NCBI GenBank assembly: GCA_023263845.1
Contig: JALQUH010000013.1
Span: 1 to 47,697 of the forward strand
Length of the DNA: 47,697 nucleotides
Origin: Candidatus Nanopelagicales bacterium
Lineage (GTDB): Bacteria > Actinomycetota > Actinomycetes > S36-B12
Direction of reading: 5' to 3'
The translations under genes were made by a program, and so were the position numbers. The notes beneath the pieces were generated by a model. The model was not told the DNA's origin and searched no databases. It saw only the letters and a list, made by a program, of their open reading frames with translations. Of this stretch, positions 45,380 to 47,697 are shown one piece after another. Each line of letters opens with the position of its first letter. Position 1 is the first letter of the stretch.

Positions 45380-46555
45380 TCAGGAGGTGAATCGCACGCG
45401 CAAGAGATCCAACTCCACCATAAGTCGGTCCTCGCGATCCTCCAGGTCCACGGTCAAGATGTCGGAGATCTTTACTAGGCGGTAGCGGAAGGTGTTCGGG
45501 TGCACGTGGATCTGACGCGCCGCCTCGCTGATGTTGCCATTGCTCGCAAAGTAGGCGTTGAGCACGGCGATCGCTTCTGTTCGGTCCGCCTCCTCCAATC
45601 CCGACAGCAACTGCAGCGGACCATCAAAGGGCTCGTGCATGGCGGCGAGCGACTCGGCGACCCTCATCAGGGCGAGTTTGGATCGCAAGAGACGTGTGCT
45701 GCCGAGTTGGACTCCCGGCGTACGGCGTAGGTAGGCGATGACTGAGTCGGCATCTCGGCGAGAATGCACCGCATGACCAAGCCGACGGCCGACGCGCCCA
45801 CCGCCGATCAGTAGACGCTCGTCCGCGCGGGCCATGTCCTCGGCGAACTTCCGCGACGACATGTGCGCGTCTTGGCCGTAGAAGGCACTATAGACACGCT
45901 CTTCGCCGTGCATGGTGAGGGAGTCCGCCGGTATCGCCGCGAGGAGAGTTGGCAGGACCTGCTCGACCTGATGTTGCAGGTCAGCGTCGTCGCCGTAGTG
46001 CACGGCAACCACGCGAATCGGAATGTTCGGTGCGACGCCGAGGTACTGGGCGAGTAGATGCTCGTCGTGGCTCCCGGCCAGGAGGAGGGACACGAAGCGG
46101 TCGCGCTGTCGGCGCCTCAGGTCCTCTTGCACCTCGAAGAGCAGAGATGCCTGCTTGGCCGCGGCGGCCATGAACTCTTCGACATCCGGGTGGAGAGGGC
46201 CCGCCGACGCAGCGGCCCAAATGGTGCCCACCGCTACGCCGAGGACGCGCACCACGGCGACGACGCGACTATCCTGAACGCCGGGAATGGCATCGATGAA
46301 GAAAACGTCGTCGCCGGCCAAGATGTGCGCTGTGGCCTCTGTGATCACGTGAGCATAGGCATCGCCATCGGGGACGGCGCGTTGCAGGATGCTTGCCTCG
46401 CGATGAGTGTCAATGGGCTGGTTGAGGGTGGAGTGTGCGACCACTCCCCACGACGCATCGTGGATGAGGATGGGTCCGCCCACCTGCCAGGCAAGTCGAT
46501 TGCAGAACGAGAAGATGTCACTGAGCGGCTCGGGGTCGAAAGGACTCTCTTGCAC
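45380..46555 (-). CDS. PucR/CdaR family transcriptional regulator
   Basis: GAF-like N-terminus and C-terminal HTH GNISEAARQIHVHPNTFRYRL. AGGAGG RBS before GTG 46555. Confidence 0.9.
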   Translation of the reverse strand: MQESPFDPEPLSDIFSFCNRLAWQVGGPILIHDASWGVVAHSTLNQPIDTHREASILQRAVPDGDAYAHVITEATAHILAGDDVFFIDAIPGVQDSRVVAVVRVLGVAVGTIWAAASAGPLHPDVEEFMAAAAKQASLLFEVQEDLRRRQRDRFVSLLLAGSHDEHLLAQYLGVAPNIPIRVVAVHYGDDADLQHQVEQVLPTLLAAIPADSLTMHGEERVYSAFYGQDAHMSSRKFAEDMARADERLLIGGGRVGRRLGHAVHSRRDADSVIAYLRRTPGVQLGSTRLLRSKLALMRVAESLAAMHEPFDGPLQLLSGLEEADRTEAIAVLNAYFASNGNISEAARQIHVHPNTFRYRLVKISDILTVDLEDREDRLMVELDLLRVRFTS

Positions 46556-46602
46556 TGAGTACCTCCTGCAATTCTTGGACGTCAGCGAAGAATACGCCCC
46601 GC

Positions 46603-47253
46603 TCAGCCGCGCATGATGCGCTCTGCGAAGTTCGCGAACGCCTTGCAGCCCTCCTTGGTCATGCTGCCGTCGGCGTTGAGCCAGTCCGGATTCGTCATGG
46701 ACAGTGAGTTCCAGCTGAAGATGCGGACATTGGGGTAGGTCTCCGCTAGGCCGACGATTGCGGCATTCGTGGACTGTTCGAAGGTGTACCGCTCCGGGTC
46801 GTCCGGGATCTGAATGGTCGTGACGACCACGAGCCGATCCGTACCGAGGATCTTCATCAACTGATCGAGTTCGGCCGCGCTCGCTCCTCCATTGGCGCCG
46901 ATATGGAGCAGGATCCCATCCGGGATCGAGTCGTCCATGCTCGATAGGTCGGCGATGGCGTCGGCGATCTTCCGCTCGGACTTCGCATCGACAGCGAAGT
47001 CGAGCTTCTTTAGGCACTTCTTCACGCTGACGAGGACGTAGTCTCCGTAGGCCAGAACGTCCCCCTCGTACGGCGGCCGAGACGTGGGGATCGGCTCCGG
47101 GGTGGGCGTCGGGGTGGGCGTGACGACGGCCACGGGCTCGGGCTCGCCTCGGAAGAACCACGGGCCATCGGGAACGAGGATGGCGGTCCAGATGCCCAAC
47201 GTGAAGGCCGCAGTCATGGCCACCACGATCCCGAGGCTCTTCACCCAGGTCAT
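46603..47253 (-). CDS. Membrane-anchored SGNH-fold protein (OatA C-domain-like, degenerate)
   Basis: TM plus PT linker; GDYV (block I), HIGANG (block III) and DGSM (block V). TAAATT is 7 nt before the ATG. Confidence 0.7.
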   Translation of the reverse strand: MTWVKSLGIVVAMTAAFTLGIWTAILVPDGPWFFRGEPEPVAVVTPTPTPTPEPIPTSRPPYEGDVLAYGDYVLVSVKKCLKKLDFAVDAKSERKIADAIADLSSMDDSIPDGILLHIGANGGASAAELDQLMKILGTDRLVVVTTIQIPDDPERYTFEQSTNAAIVGLAETYPNVRIFSWNSLSMTNPDWLNADGSMTKEGCKAFANFAERIMRG

Positions 47254-47263
47254 CTGACGAAAT

Positions 47264-47516
47264 TTAGTCGTTCTGGGGCGTTTCGGCGCCCGGTTCGAGC
47301 AGGTCCCGCAGGGCGAGGGCGTTGTCCACACCCGCTGGCGAGGCAGTGTTGTTGAAAATCACGAGGGAATCGAGCGTCCGGACGCTGAGTTCGCTGGCCA
47401 GACGATCGAGCTCCGCCCGCCGAGTAGTCTGCCAGCCATGAAGTGGGGGAAGGGTCTGGTGGTCTCGCGCGCGGACGCGAAGTTTGTGGTCGGTGGACAA
47501 ACCTGCGCGTAGTCAT
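47264..47516 (-). CDS. Small hypothetical protein, possibly frameshifted
   Basis: ATG 47516 has a GGAG RBS in one frame. The protein-like C-terminus (AELDRLASELSVRTLDSLVIF) is in another frame. Confidence 0.3.
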
Positions 47517-47697
47517 CGCGATCTCCACTCGCGCGGTCATGTGATTCGACACAATTCTCGGTATGGCTGACGGCTACTGGTTTTACGCGATCATCCTTGG
47601 CGCTGCCTTCAGCACCTGCGCGCGCGACCTTGCGGAGATTGTGCGCGAGAATGTGCGCGACAAGGACCACAAGATCTTTTGGCCCTTCATCCTCTGG

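Noticed and set aside
45380-47161. 593-aa PucR with a long N-terminal extension
   Set aside because: The extension is an alternative frame of the upstream SGNH-like gene. AGGAGG plus GTG 46555 marks the true start.

Overview
GC-rich Actinomycetota chromosomal segment (about 50 CDS). I see no rRNA, tRNA, CRISPR array, IS element or prophage. Left: a carotenoid-glycoside gene set (GGPP synthase fragment, CrtI/CrtD-type desaturase, GT2, CruF, alpha/beta hydrolase) interrupted by a K+/H+ antiporter. Next come transport, redox and folate-like genes, a two-component system with a GerMN lipoprotein, and a DUF4397 - sortase F - ECF sigma - anti-sigma module. Centre: the most notable element, an operon behind a perfect LexA box (TCGAAC-N4-GTTCGA). 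It encodes a small ImuB-C-like protein (DUF6504), a SAV_6107-type HEPN protein, an atypical DnaE2 and a catalytically intact DinB, with no imuA/imuB. The DnaE2 has its own clamp motif and an in-frame palindromic insertion. This looks like a non-canonical mutagenesis cassette. Right: DUF3040 / transglutaminase / DUF58 / MoxR block, then accessory genes (lipase, pepsin-like secreted protein, VOC fusion, TauE, PucR) and a 6C-RNA-like element. The first ~50 nt look like a sequencing junction. All family calls come from motif recognition by eye; no searches were run.
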